From contig JAZNNM010000002.1 of NCBI GenBank assembly GCA_045580265.1, positions 114,721 to 178,720 of the forward strand: a DNA stretch of 64,000 nucleotides, given 5' to 3'. The notes beneath the pieces were generated by a model. It was not told where the DNA came from. It worked only from the letters and a program-made list of their open reading frames with translations, and ran no database searches. The translations under genes were made by a program, and so were the position numbers. This DNA is from Elusimicrobiaceae bacterium (GTDB taxonomy: Bacteria; Elusimicrobiota; Elusimicrobia; Elusimicrobiales; Elusimicrobiaceae). Position 1 is the first letter of the stretch; each line of letters begins with the position of its first letter. Positions 19,239-28,138 of this stretch are shown one piece after another.

Positions 19239-20726
19239 ATGTGTAGAAAGGTTTTGTTGGTTTTTTCTTGCGCTCTATGTTTAAGCGTGGCGGCTTTTGC
19301 TGCACAGGCAGATTCCCCTTCGGCTTTGATTGTAGGGGGGAGTTTCTCTGCGCAAGCCAACACCTCTGCTCATCAACAAGTTTTCAATCAAAAAGCTCGT
19401 AATGCAGAAATTGCTTCTCTGAACGAAAAATTAAGAAATAATCAATACGAAGATGTAATTAAACGCATCAATTCTTTAACGGCGCGTAACTTTTTGGATA
19501 ATCGGTTCCACCTGCTTTTGGCGCTGGCTTATGACGGTCTTGGACGTTATGATGATGTTATCTACTCCGCTTCTCAAGCCATAGCGGTTGCCCCGCAAGA
19601 TTCTCGTGCGTATATTTTGCGCGCCGGAGCTTATTTGCACTTGGAACAATATGAACGCTGCCGAATGGATTTGGACAATGCCATTAAATTAAATCCTTCT
19701 TCTAAATTAGCTCAAAAAATCGAAGAAGAATTAAATGAAAAAACGTTTGTTAAGAAACCTAAACCGGAACCGATTTCTACTCCTAAAAAACAAACTCCTC
19801 GTTGGATAATTTTTTATTTTCTGGCTATTTTTGCCGCCATTTTGTTGTATGTATACTGGCGCTACGAAGATTTATTCCATCAACCCAAAAGTGCTTTTTC
19901 TCGTAGAGAAGTAGAGGTGAAGGAACAGTACGATTTTATTCGCCAAATTGGGGAAGGCGGCATGGGAAAAGTGTTCGAAGCCTACGACCGCGTGCTTAAA
20001 CGTAAGGTAGCCATTAAACGGGTCCGTCCGGAATTAGTGCGCAGCTCGTATGTAAGAGAACAATTCCTCTCGGAAGCGCGAATGGTAGCGCTCCTACGTC
20101 ACCCGTGTATCGTGGAAATTTACACTGTTATTGAATCGGAAAGTTCGCTCTATTTAGTATTTGAGTATGTGGACGGACAAACTTTAGAAACTCGTTTGGA
20201 TATTGATGGCCGGTTGCCTTTTTCCAAAGCAAAACAAATTTTCGAACATGTTTGCCGTGGGCTTCATTACGCGCATTCGCAAGATATTATTCACTGCGAT
20301 TTAAAACCCGGAAACATTATGATCTACGATGAAGAAAAAGCAAAAGTAATGGATTTTGGTGTGGCTAAAAAATCGGTAGATCATGAAACCGGCGCTCGTA
20401 CGGTAGCCGGTACCCCCGCTTATATGGCCCCCGAACAACAAAAAGGATTTATGCGCAAACAATCAGACGTTTACTCTTTGGCCTTGTGTTTGTATGAAGC
20501 TTTAGTGGGACAGGTTCCGTGGACGGTAAAAGGATTTGATATTGCCAATAAAAAAATTGTGCCTGCTTCCAAATTGGCTCCGAATATTCCGCCGGAAGTA
20601 GATTTGTTATTGGAAGATTCTTTAAAAGAAGAACCCAAGGAACGTGTCCAATCTATCGACGAGTTCTGGAGCCGTTTGCAAGCAATAGAGCCCTTAGAAG
20701 AAGATTTGGAACAAACACATTATTAA
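19239..20726 (+). CDS. Membrane Ser/Thr protein kinase: signal peptide, TPR region, TM helix, C-terminal kinase
   Basis: GEGGMGKV, VAIK, HCDLKPGN, DFG and GTPAYMAPE motifs; TPR-like ALAYDGLGRY...AYILRAGAY; TM WIIFYFLAIFAAILLYVYW. Confidence 0.9.
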   Translation: MCRKVLLVFSCALCLSVAAFAAQADSPSALIVGGSFSAQANTSAHQQVFNQKARNAEIASLNEKLRNNQYEDVIKRINSLTARNFLDNRFHLLLALAYDGLGRYDDVIYSASQAIAVAPQDSRAYILRAGAYLHLEQYERCRMDLDNAIKLNPSSKLAQKIEEELNEKTFVKKPKPEPISTPKKQTPRWIIFYFLAIFAAILLYVYWRYEDLFHQPKSAFSRREVEVKEQYDFIRQIGEGGMGKVFEAYDRVLKRKVAIKRVRPELVRSSYVREQFLSEARMVALLRHPCIVEIYTVIESESSLYLVFEYVDGQTLETRLDIDGRLPFSKAKQIFEHVCRGLHYAHSQDIIHCDLKPGNIMIYDEEKAKVMDFGVAKKSVDHETGARTVAGTPAYMAPEQQKGFMRKQSDVYSLALCLYEALVGQVPWTVKGFDIANKKIVPASKLAPNIPPEVDLLLEDSLKEEPKERVQSIDEFWSRLQAIEPLEEDLEQTHY

Positions 20727-20748
20727 AGTTGCCCGACTTTAACAATTT

Positions 20749-20774
20749 AAAAGCACCCAACAGGGTGCTTTTTT
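20749..20774. terminator. Bidirectional intrinsic terminator
   Basis: AAAAGCACCC-aaca-GGGTGCTTTT between convergent genes. Confidence 0.85.
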
Positions 20775-20805
20775 GTACACAAGAGGAAATGGTTTTGGGT
20801 ATCTA

Positions 20806-21531
20806 TTAAATTTTTAATAGGGGCTTTAATGTATCAAATACCAAGCGATTTTTGAATTGAGGGTTCCATTGTCCGGTAAAAAGCTCATCACTTATTACAA
20901 GAGCCGCTGCCGCTTTGGCCTTTCGTTTTTTACAAACGCTGTATACTGCACTGATTTCCATATCTACTGTTAAGACTTGTCTTTTTTGGTAATGCTTAAT
21001 TTCGGCTTTTGTTTCGCGAAAAAAGGCCGGTGTTGTCCAATTTCTACCTACATGGAAAGAAGTTTGTTTCGTTTTTAAGTAAGTTTTCCAAATTGACAAA
21101 AGGCTCCGATTGGCTGAGGAAACTTCTTTCGAAGTGTAGTAGGGGGAAACCCCATCTGTGCAGAGAGAATCTTGGCATAAAACAACATCTCCGGCCAGTA
21201 TCTCTTCTTGTAAACTGCCGCCTAAGCCCACAAACAATACTTCTTTTACACCCAGCACAAGCAGCACTTCAATTACGGAAGCAACAGCTGTGGCACCCGT
21301 GCCGAAGTTGGTAACATAGCAAGTATTTTTATAGGTGTAAATGTCGGCTAAACACCAGTATTTTTTGACTCCGGCTAACCCACTAATATGTTTGGAAACT
21401 AGCGGAGTAATCGGGCATAGAACAGCCCGTTTGGGCAAGGTAATCCCATGGGCCGTTAGGCGGACATATTCTTCCGCGTTGATCAGTGCAGGAAGAATAG
21501 CTTTGTTGGTATGTGAAAATAAAATACTCAT
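20806..21531 (-). CDS. Nucleoside phosphorylase (PNP/UDP family)
   Basis: FGTGA, VGLGGSLQ, WTTPAFFRET, VDMEISA and VISD motifs. Confidence 0.85.
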   Translation of the reverse strand: MSILFSHTNKAILPALINAEEYVRLTAHGITLPKRAVLCPITPLVSKHISGLAGVKKYWCLADIYTYKNTCYVTNFGTGATAVASVIEVLLVLGVKEVLFVGLGGSLQEEILAGDVVLCQDSLCTDGVSPYYTSKEVSSANRSLLSIWKTYLKTKQTSFHVGRNWTTPAFFRETKAEIKHYQKRQVLTVDMEISAVYSVCKKRKAKAAAALVISDELFTGQWNPQFKNRLVFDTLKPLLKI

Positions 21532-21600
21532 AATTTCTTTCTCTGTCTTTTTATACTATATCAAAAAAAGAATTGTACGGAAATTACGAGGAGAAAAAAC

Positions 21601-21629
21601 TTTACAAGCCCCTTCTTATGCGGTATCAT
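21601..21629 (+). promoter_or_regulatory. Sigma70-type promoter for corA
   Basis: TTTACA, 17-bp spacer, TATCAT, 33 nt upstream of ATG 21663; GAGG RBS present. Confidence 0.6.
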
Positions 21630-21662
21630 TTAAGTATATCCGGTATATCCGTGAGGTAAAAA

Positions 21663-22574
21663 ATGTTGAAACAATATATCATCTCGGACAAAAAATTATT
21701 GGAAACCGATCAATCCGCTCAAGTGTATGTATATACCAATCCAACGGTAGAGGAGCAACGCTTGTTGGTGGAACGGTACCAAATTGACGAGCATACGTTG
21801 GCTTCTGCGTTAGATCCGGACGAACTCCCCCGTTTGGAATTTGAACCCGAACATATTGCCATGATTTACAAACGCCCGAAAAATTATTCGGGGAAGGATC
21901 AATTGGAATTTAAAGTGGCTTCAGTGGGAATGTTCTTGTTTGAAGATAAGTTAATTGTTGTTTTGGCGGAAGACATTCCGTTGTTTGTCGGTAAACGTTT
22001 TCATTCCGTTTCTTCCATTAAAGAAGTGTTTTTAAAACTGGTTTATAATTCCATTTCTCACTATGTGGAACACTTGCGTATTATTCATATGATTTCGGAA
22101 GAAATCGAAGACAAGATAACCGAATCGATGGACAATACTTACCTTTTGAATTTGTTTAGTTTGGTAAAAAGTTTGGTGTACTATGCCGAAGCTATCACCT
22201 CTAACGGATTTGTGTTCGAAAAAACACGAAATCTTTCTGGTCGCATCGGTTTTAATGAGAAAGATGAAGAAATGTTGGACGATATTATCGTAGAAAACCG
22301 CCAATGCAAAGCACAAGCGGATATTTACTCCAACATTTTAGCTCAGTTGTTAGATGCGCGTTCCTCTATTGTGAATAACAACTTAAACCAACTGATCAAA
22401 AAATTAAACGTTATTACTATTTGGATGATGGTCCCCACTTTTGTAGTGAGTGCCTATGGTATGAACGTGGCTCTGCCTCTTTCTCAGCACCCCAATGCCT
22501 TTTGGATGTTGATGGGAATCTGTTTAATTCTGGTATGGCTTGTTATTATGTTTTGGCGTCATAAAAACTGGTAG
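21663..22574 (+). CDS. corA: CorA family Mg2+/Co2+ transporter
   Basis: LDPDELPRLE, two C-terminal TM helices, YGMN signature. Confidence 0.92.
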   Translation: MLKQYIISDKKLLETDQSAQVYVYTNPTVEEQRLLVERYQIDEHTLASALDPDELPRLEFEPEHIAMIYKRPKNYSGKDQLEFKVASVGMFLFEDKLIVVLAEDIPLFVGKRFHSVSSIKEVFLKLVYNSISHYVEHLRIIHMISEEIEDKITESMDNTYLLNLFSLVKSLVYYAEAITSNGFVFEKTRNLSGRIGFNEKDEEMLDDIIVENRQCKAQADIYSNILAQLLDARSSIVNNNLNQLIKKLNVITIWMMVPTFVVSAYGMNVALPLSQHPNAFWMLMGICLILVWLVIMFWRHKNW

Positions 22575-22587
22575 TAGATTTTAATAT

Positions 22588-22619
22588 AAAAAACCCCGCT
22601 TTAAAGAGCGGGGTTTTTT
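22588..22619. terminator. Bidirectional intrinsic terminator
   Basis: AAAAAACCCCGCT-N6-AGCGGGGTTTTTT. Confidence 0.88.
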
Positions 22620-22634
22620 GTGGGCAAATTAATT

Positions 22635-23426
22635 TTATTTTTCCACTTTAATTTTTCGGAAGGCTCTGTACAGAACAGCTAAAAGTCCGAAAAGTACATA
22701 AAGGGAAAATACAATAAAAATTACATCTTGCGGGAAACGAATGAGCATTACTACTAAAAATACAATCAACAGTAACGTCCATACGCTAAGGCCTTTTTCA
22801 CGTTTGGATTTAAAAGCAGCATACGGAATGTTGGAAACCATGAGAAGCGAAAGAATCAACATGGCAAACCATACAAAGTTGTATAGATGTGGCAAATACA
22901 CGGTTAAAAGTTGGATATTGCGTCCACCCATGTTGCCTTCCATGATACTGTAAGAAATAGCAAACGAGGCTAAAATAGCTGCTGCGGCAGGGGTGGGAAG
23001 CCCGGCGAAGTATTTTTTGGAACCCTCTCCCGCATAGGCCATTGCATTAAATTTAGCAAGACGTAATACGCCAAAGCAGGCGTACACACAGGCAATCGGG
23101 GCGCCCCAAATGGGTTGCGTGTGCAATACAAAAAAGTACATAAGCATGGCCGGGGCCGTGCAGAAAGAAACCGCATCTGCCAAAGAATCCATTTCCACGC
23201 CAAAGTTGCTTTCCGTGCCCAACAAACGTGCAATACGTCCGTCGAACATATCAAATACCATAGCAAATAAAATAAGCCAACCGGCCTGAGCGAAATTGCC
23301 CTTTGAGGCTGCTAAAATAGAGAAGAAACCGCAAGCCAAGTTGCCCAACGTAAACAAAGAAGGAGCTGTGATAGCACCGGTATGTTTTAATTTGCTGACT
23401 ACGTTGTTTTCTTTCTTTTCAGTCAT
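22635..23426 (-). CDS. pssA: CDP-diacylglycerol--serine O-phosphatidyltransferase
   Basis: PSLFTLGN; CDP-alcohol motif DMFDGRIAR...FGVEMDSLAD; RLAKFN; FAGLPTP. Confidence 0.92.
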   Translation of the reverse strand: MTEKKENNVVSKLKHTGAITAPSLFTLGNLACGFFSILAASKGNFAQAGWLILFAMVFDMFDGRIARLLGTESNFGVEMDSLADAVSFCTAPAMLMYFFVLHTQPIWGAPIACVYACFGVLRLAKFNAMAYAGEGSKKYFAGLPTPAAAAILASFAISYSIMEGNMGGRNIQLLTVYLPHLYNFVWFAMLILSLLMVSNIPYAAFKSKREKGLSVWTLLLIVFLVVMLIRFPQDVIFIVFSLYVLFGLLAVLYRAFRKIKVEK

Positions 23427-23435
23427 AAAGATCCT

Positions 23436-24104
23436 CTATTTCCACAAGGCAAGAACGGTAAGTCCGCCTTGAACTTTTTGGCCTTCCTTTACAAGCACGC
23501 GTACTTTGTCTTTCGGCAAATACACCGCTACTTGGGAACCAAAACGTACCAATCCAACGTGTTGGCCGGCTTTAATATCTTGGTCTTTCTTTACCCAACA
23601 TTCAATGCGGCGGGCAATAGCGCCGGTAATTTGTTCTACGTGGGCAAAACGGGACGAATCGCCATCTTTAAAAATTTGAATTAAATTACGCTCATTTTGA
23701 TTTGCTGCCGGATTGTTGGCAAAAAGGAATGTGCCCTTGTTGTAAAAAATATCTCCGACTTTTCCGCTAACCGTAGCACGTTGTACGTGTACATCAAAAA
23801 TAGATAAAAAGATGCGCACTACCACAGAATTCGGATCGTCTTCCGTTTTGATAGAAAGTACGGTTCCGTCAGCCGGGCAGGCAATTTCATCTTCGGCAAA
23901 AACGGTTTCGCGTTTCGGATCACGGAAGAAAAACGCACAGAAACAAGCGACTAATAAACAAACTCCGCCTACGAAACGGAAGCCAAAAAACAAAAAGACC
24001 GCAGCCACAGCCACGGCAATCGCAAAAAATTTAAGCCCCATGGGCAAAACGGTAGAAACCCAACCAAAACACTTGGAAAAAGTACGATTAATGTCTTCAA
24101 TCAT
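23436..24104 (-). CDS. psd: Phosphatidylserine decarboxylase proenzyme
   Basis: FFRDP, PADG, IFLSIFDVH and the RFGSQV self-cleavage motif; adjacent to pssA. Confidence 0.93.
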   Translation of the reverse strand: MIEDINRTFSKCFGWVSTVLPMGLKFFAIAVAVAAVFLFFGFRFVGGVCLLVACFCAFFFRDPKRETVFAEDEIACPADGTVLSIKTEDDPNSVVVRIFLSIFDVHVQRATVSGKVGDIFYNKGTFLFANNPAANQNERNLIQIFKDGDSSRFAHVEQITGAIARRIECWVKKDQDIKAGQHVGLVRFGSQVAVYLPKDKVRVLVKEGQKVQGGLTVLALWK

Positions 24105-24152
24105 GGCAGTTAGTTACTGGTGGGATAAATTGAATGGCAGGAGAAGTAAGAG

Positions 24153-24235
24153 TGGGCAGGGGGGGACTTGAACCCCCACGACCTTGCGGTCAACAGATTT
24201 TAAGTCTGTCGCGTCTGCCATTCCGCCACCAGCCC
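24153..24235 (-). tRNA. tRNA-Leu(TAA)
   Basis: Reverse complement GGGCTGGTGGCGGAATGGCAGACGCGACAGAC-TTAAAA-TCTGT...GGGGGTTCAAGTCCCCC-CCTGCCC-A; long variable arm; CCA not encoded. Confidence 0.95.
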
Positions 24236-24301
24236 TCTTATATATTTATTTTAACAAAAAATACGTTTCTTTGCACTCTTTTTAAAAAAATATTGGGAAA
24301 T

Positions 24302-24712
24302 TTATTTTTCCGGTATTCTGAGACTATTGTAAAACTTGCGGCAAAATAAACTTTTAACTCCTAATTTTTTTAAATCGGTTTGAAGTTGTCTGTCATCGGT
24401 AACGACTATAACGCGTTGCCCCGTTTGGGCCGCATAGGCCGCTCGTTCGTAAATAATTTGGTCAGCACTTTCTTCTTCCGAAAAGGAAATGTGCACTCCC
24501 GCACGATATAAAGGGCCTACCGGCCTATAAGAGCCGTCAAAAATTACCTCATACTGATGCATGCAATAGTGTTCATTCATCGAAACATCGGTTAAGAAGT
24601 CTAAAAAATCGGTGGTTACGTCTTCTTCGGAACGAGAAAATTCGTATAAAAAACTGCGTACTAAGTTAAGGCCGTCTATCAAATATAAGGTGGATTTTGT
24701 GGTTACGTACAT
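24302..24712 (-). CDS. YacP-like NYN domain protein (putative RNase)
   Basis: YLIDGLNL, VIFDG, ESADQII and VVTDDRQL pattern. Confidence 0.8.
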   Translation of the reverse strand: MYVTTKSTLYLIDGLNLVRSFLYEFSRSEEDVTTDFLDFLTDVSMNEHYCMHQYEVIFDGSYRPVGPLYRAGVHISFSEEESADQIIYERAAYAAQTGQRVIVVTDDRQLQTDLKKLGVKSLFCRKFYNSLRIPEK

Positions 24713-24806
24713 GTTTTATTTGCCTATCTTGCAAAAAATTGTTATAAGAAAATGATACAATATAATGCTAAATTGTAGGAAGGTCTTTGACAATTTCCGT
24801 ATTTAC

Positions 24807-25150
24807 GGGGGTGTAATAGATTCGACGGGTATCTGTTGCCGCTCGGGAGCAAGTGCCGGTTGGCCAGGCCGGCTAAAATAGGGCCACAAAAATAAGCAAC
24901 AACAATCAAGTTGCCTGGGCTAACGCTTAGTCCCACCGCTCCTTTAGTGTCTTCCATGCGCTAAAGGGTTGCGGTCACTACATGGAACGCGGTAAAGCGG
25001 GCGCGGTTCGTCCGGCTTTACTTAAGACTCACGAACCAAACCGTAAACGTGCCGTTTCGCGCTTAGTTTACGGTTACAAAAGCGAAACTAAACTTGTAGT
25101 GCCTGAGAGGAAAAGATGTTCGGACGGGGGTGCGAATCCCCCCACCTCCA
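24807..25150 (+). ncRNA. ssrA: tmRNA (SsrA)
   Basis: 5' GGGGGTG-TAATAGATTCGAC pairs with 3' CACCTCC-A including the G3.U70 alanine determinant; T-arm GGGGG-TGCGAAT-CCCCC; internal tag frame ends at TAG 24928-24930; 344 nt. Confidence 0.93.
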
Positions 25151-25224
25151 CTTTTTTATGGAAAATAAATTGAATGCGGAAATTGAAAAAATAAATAGAT
25201 TTTATCTTTACAACGGGAGTATTT

Positions 25225-26634
25225 ATGGCAACGGAAATTAAGTTTGGCACCGATGGTTGGAGAGGCGTAATCGCTTGGGATTTTACTTTTGAAAATGTTC
25301 GCCGTATGGCGCAAGCATTGGCAGATTATATTAACGAAAATGCTCCCAGCGATGAAAAAGGAAAAATGCCTAAAATTTTTGTAGGATATGACCGTCGTTT
25401 TATGTCGGATTTGTTTGCTGCCGATATTGCCAGTATCTTCCGTTCCAATAAAATTGATGTCACTTTGTCGGATCGTCCCATTTCCACACCGGTGGCGGCT
25501 TGTTTAAGCTTAAATAAATTTTGGATGAGTGTAATGGTTACAGCCAGTCATAATCCCTCCAATTATAACGGGATTAAGGTGAAGCTGGCCGGAGGATCGG
25601 CCTCTTCTCGCGTAACGAAAGAAGTGGAAGATTTCTTGGATTGTAATTCCATTTTGCTTCTCTATGGACAAAAGGCCGAACAAAAAGATTTAACCGATGT
25701 TTACTTCAAATATGTTTCCAGCCATGTAAATACCAAAAAATTGCAAACCTTTAAGGGAAAAGTGGCTATCGATTACATGCACGGTGCCGCTGCCGGATAT
25801 TTGGATAAATTTTTGCCCACAAAACAAATCATTTCTTTACGTGCCGAACACGACCCTACTTTTGGTGGTGAGCAACCGGAGCCGGTGGAGAAAAATTTAA
25901 GTGTATTAAAGAAAACCGTTGTGGAAAAGAAAGCCGCTCTAGGCGTTGCTTTTGACGGAGACGGAGACAGAGTTTCCTTGGTGGACGAAAAGGGGGTTTA
26001 CCTGACTCCCTGTCAAATTGCGGCGGTATTGTGCGATTACTTGATTAAAAATAAAAAACTGAAAGGAAAAATTGTTCAAACCGTATCCATGGGCTACTTG
26101 CTCAAACGTATTGCTCGTAAATATGACATGATGTTTGAAGAAGTAAACGTAGGTTTTAAACACGTAGCTGAGCGTATGGCCTTGGAAGAGATAGCTTTTG
26201 GGGTGGAAGAATCCGGCGGTTTTGCTTGGCGTGGTAATTTGCCCGATCGTGATGGCTTGACGGTGGCTTTGGCCTTCTTGGAGGTAATGGCTTCTACCGG
26301 TAAAAAAGCCAGCGAGTTGTGTGCCGCCATTGCCGAAGAATATGGAGCCTCTGTTTATTTAAGAAGAGATCTTCCTCTTGCAAAACCTGTAGATAAAGCC
26401 GTCTTGACAGAAAAGTTGCGCAAAAAATTACCGAAAAAAATCAATGGCCGTAAAGTAGCGGAACTGCTTACTTTTGATGGATTAAAAATTTTGCTTGATA
26501 ACGACGAATGGTTGCTTCTTCGTCCGTCCGATACCGAACCGGTGTTGCGTGTTTATGCGGAAAGTGTAACCAAAAAAGATACACAAGCCTTGTTGGATTT
26601 CGGCGAGAAGTTGGCTGTTTCTTATTTAAAATAG
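25225..26634 (+). CDS. Phosphoglucomutase/phosphomannomutase
   Basis: FGTDGWRG, TASHNP, FDGDGDR, EESGG and RPSDTEP motifs. Confidence 0.92.
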   Translation: MATEIKFGTDGWRGVIAWDFTFENVRRMAQALADYINENAPSDEKGKMPKIFVGYDRRFMSDLFAADIASIFRSNKIDVTLSDRPISTPVAACLSLNKFWMSVMVTASHNPSNYNGIKVKLAGGSASSRVTKEVEDFLDCNSILLLYGQKAEQKDLTDVYFKYVSSHVNTKKLQTFKGKVAIDYMHGAAAGYLDKFLPTKQIISLRAEHDPTFGGEQPEPVEKNLSVLKKTVVEKKAALGVAFDGDGDRVSLVDEKGVYLTPCQIAAVLCDYLIKNKKLKGKIVQTVSMGYLLKRIARKYDMMFEEVNVGFKHVAERMALEEIAFGVEESGGFAWRGNLPDRDGLTVALAFLEVMASTGKKASELCAAIAEEYGASVYLRRDLPLAKPVDKAVLTEKLRKKLPKKINGRKVAELLTFDGLKILLDNDEWLLLRPSDTEPVLRVYAESVTKKDTQALLDFGEKLAVSYLK

Positions 26635-26639
26635 AAAAT

Positions 26640-26999
26640 ATGTTAAAAATTGCGCTTGTAGATGATTCCGTTATTTTACGTTCTGCCATTAAGAACGTAT
26701 TGGAGTCCTCCGGTTTTGAAGTTGTGCTGGAGGCCGGTGGATCGACGGAATTATTTGCAGCAATAGAAGGGAAAACAGTAGATGTTTTTTTATTGGACAT
26801 TTTCTTCCCTACCGAGAATGGTTTGGATATTTTGTCCAAGATTAAAAAGATGTTTCCGCACGCCAAAGTACTTATTGTTACCGGTATGCGACAAGATACT
26901 ATTTTGGAAGAAGCACAGCGGCTCGGAGCGAACGGTGTGTTATACAAACCGTTTGATACGGATGAGTTACTGGCCACCATACACCGTACTCTTCAATGA
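26640..26999 (+). CDS. Single-domain response regulator (receiver domain only)
   Basis: IALVDDS, FLLDIFFP (phosphoacceptor Asp), LIVTG and LYKPF; 119 aa from ATG 26640. Confidence 0.88.
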   Translation: MLKIALVDDSVILRSAIKNVLESSGFEVVLEAGGSTELFAAIEGKTVDVFLLDIFFPTENGLDILSKIKKMFPHAKVLIVTGMRQDTILEEAQRLGANGVLYKPFDTDELLATIHRTLQ

Positions 27000-27028
27000 T
27001 AAAAACCCTCCGTTTCGGAGGGTTTTTT
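27000..27028. terminator. Bidirectional intrinsic terminator
   Basis: AAAAACCCTCCG-ttt-CGGAGGGTTTTT. Confidence 0.85.
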
Positions 27029-27050
27029 AGATAGAAATGTTTTTAGATTC

Positions 27051-28136
27051 TTACAGTCGCAGCCACTTAAATTCTATAAAGAGAATCAGCGAGAAAAATA
27101 TAGCCGGCCCCCAACCTGCCACAAAGGGATTGAGTAACCCGTTTTCCCCAAAAGAAGTAAACATGGACATCATCCACCAAAACGAAAAAGCGATTACAAT
27201 AGAAGCTAAAATGTTTAAAATTTTACTTTTTCTGCGGGAGCTAATGGCAAAAGGCATGCCCAATAAACACATAATAACCGTTACAAAGGGACTGGCCAAG
27301 CGGGATTGGCGCATAGTTTCGGCCGAGTAGTGTGCAAGACCGCTTTTCTTTTGAAAGTTAATACGTTTGGTTAAATCTCGGATACTTAACAAATCGGGAT
27401 CTGTTTTATTAACGGACATATCTTCCGGCTTGGTTTGCATGGGGGAAACCGTTTGTTCGAAAGTTTCTTCTTCCGTATCCATTTTGTTGGCAAAAGTGCG
27501 TTTAATACCGTTTGCAAATAGCCAACTGGAAGAGGCCGGATCCCACACCATTTGGTCGGCCACAATTTGGTTTGCAATATCCCACCCGTCATTATAAGTA
27601 TCCAGCGATACTTGTTTCATCGTTCCTTTTTTAAGGTCTACTTCTTTGGCAAAAAGCATTTGATAGGGGGAAATTTTAATAACAACATCATGTTCCGTAT
27701 GTTGGTTGAAATCCGCTCTTGCTTTGATGCGGGTGTAATAAATTTCGTCTGCTTTTAAGTTAAGGGGAGGGACAACAAATTCTTGCATAAAAAGTGTTAG
27801 GGTAACAACGGTTAAAATGCAAGCTACAACCGGTTTAAATAAATCTCTCGGGGCAAATCCGCCTGCCACACAAGCTGTCCATTCTCCGTTGGAAACCATT
27901 TCGGAAATGGTGGAAATGGCTCCCAATAAACAAGCCACGGGCATAATGGTGGTAAGCCAGTTGGGAAATGTTAGCAAAGAATAGGAAAGGACGTCCAACA
28001 TGGTAGTGGTGCCGTTGCCGAGATTTTTCATTTTTTCAAAGGTATCTCCTAATACCACTAATGCGGCAAAAACACCCAGGGCAAACAAAAAAGGTCCCCA
28101 AAATTTTTTGGCAATATAAAAATAAATGCGATACAT
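27051..28136 (-). CDS. lptG: LPS export ABC permease (LptF/LptG family), second gene of the pair
   Basis: IYFYIAKKFWGPF, MPVACLLG...NGEWTA, central beta-jellyroll, C-terminal TMs with AGWGPAIFF. Confidence 0.82.
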   Translation of the reverse strand: MYRIYFYIAKKFWGPFLFALGVFAALVVLGDTFEKMKNLGNGTTTMLDVLSYSLLTFPNWLTTIMPVACLLGAISTISEMVSNGEWTACVAGGFAPRDLFKPVVACILTVVTLTLFMQEFVVPPLNLKADEIYYTRIKARADFNQHTEHDVVIKISPYQMLFAKEVDLKKGTMKQVSLDTYNDGWDIANQIVADQMVWDPASSSWLFANGIKRTFANKMDTEEETFEQTVSPMQTKPEDMSVNKTDPDLLSIRDLTKRINFQKKSGLAHYSAETMRQSRLASPFVTVIMCLLGMPFAISSRRKSKILNILASIVIAFSFWWMMSMFTSFGENGLLNPFVAGWGPAIFFSLILFIEFKWLRL

Positions 28137-28138
28137 AA

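Noticed and set aside
20806-21531. Nucleoside phosphorylase as a recent horizontal acquisition
   Set aside because: It looks slightly AT-rich and isolated, but there are no flanking repeats or mobility genes and composition was not computed.
21532-21662. Mg2+ riboswitch upstream of corA; tandem 9-mer GTATATCCG x2 at 21634-21651
   Set aside because: The predicted leader is only about 27 nt, too short for an M-box. The 9-mer duplication has no further support and may be a local slippage.
25151-25224. Integrated element at the tmRNA 3' end
   Set aside because: The PGM gene follows directly and I found no duplicate of the tmRNA 3' end in the window.
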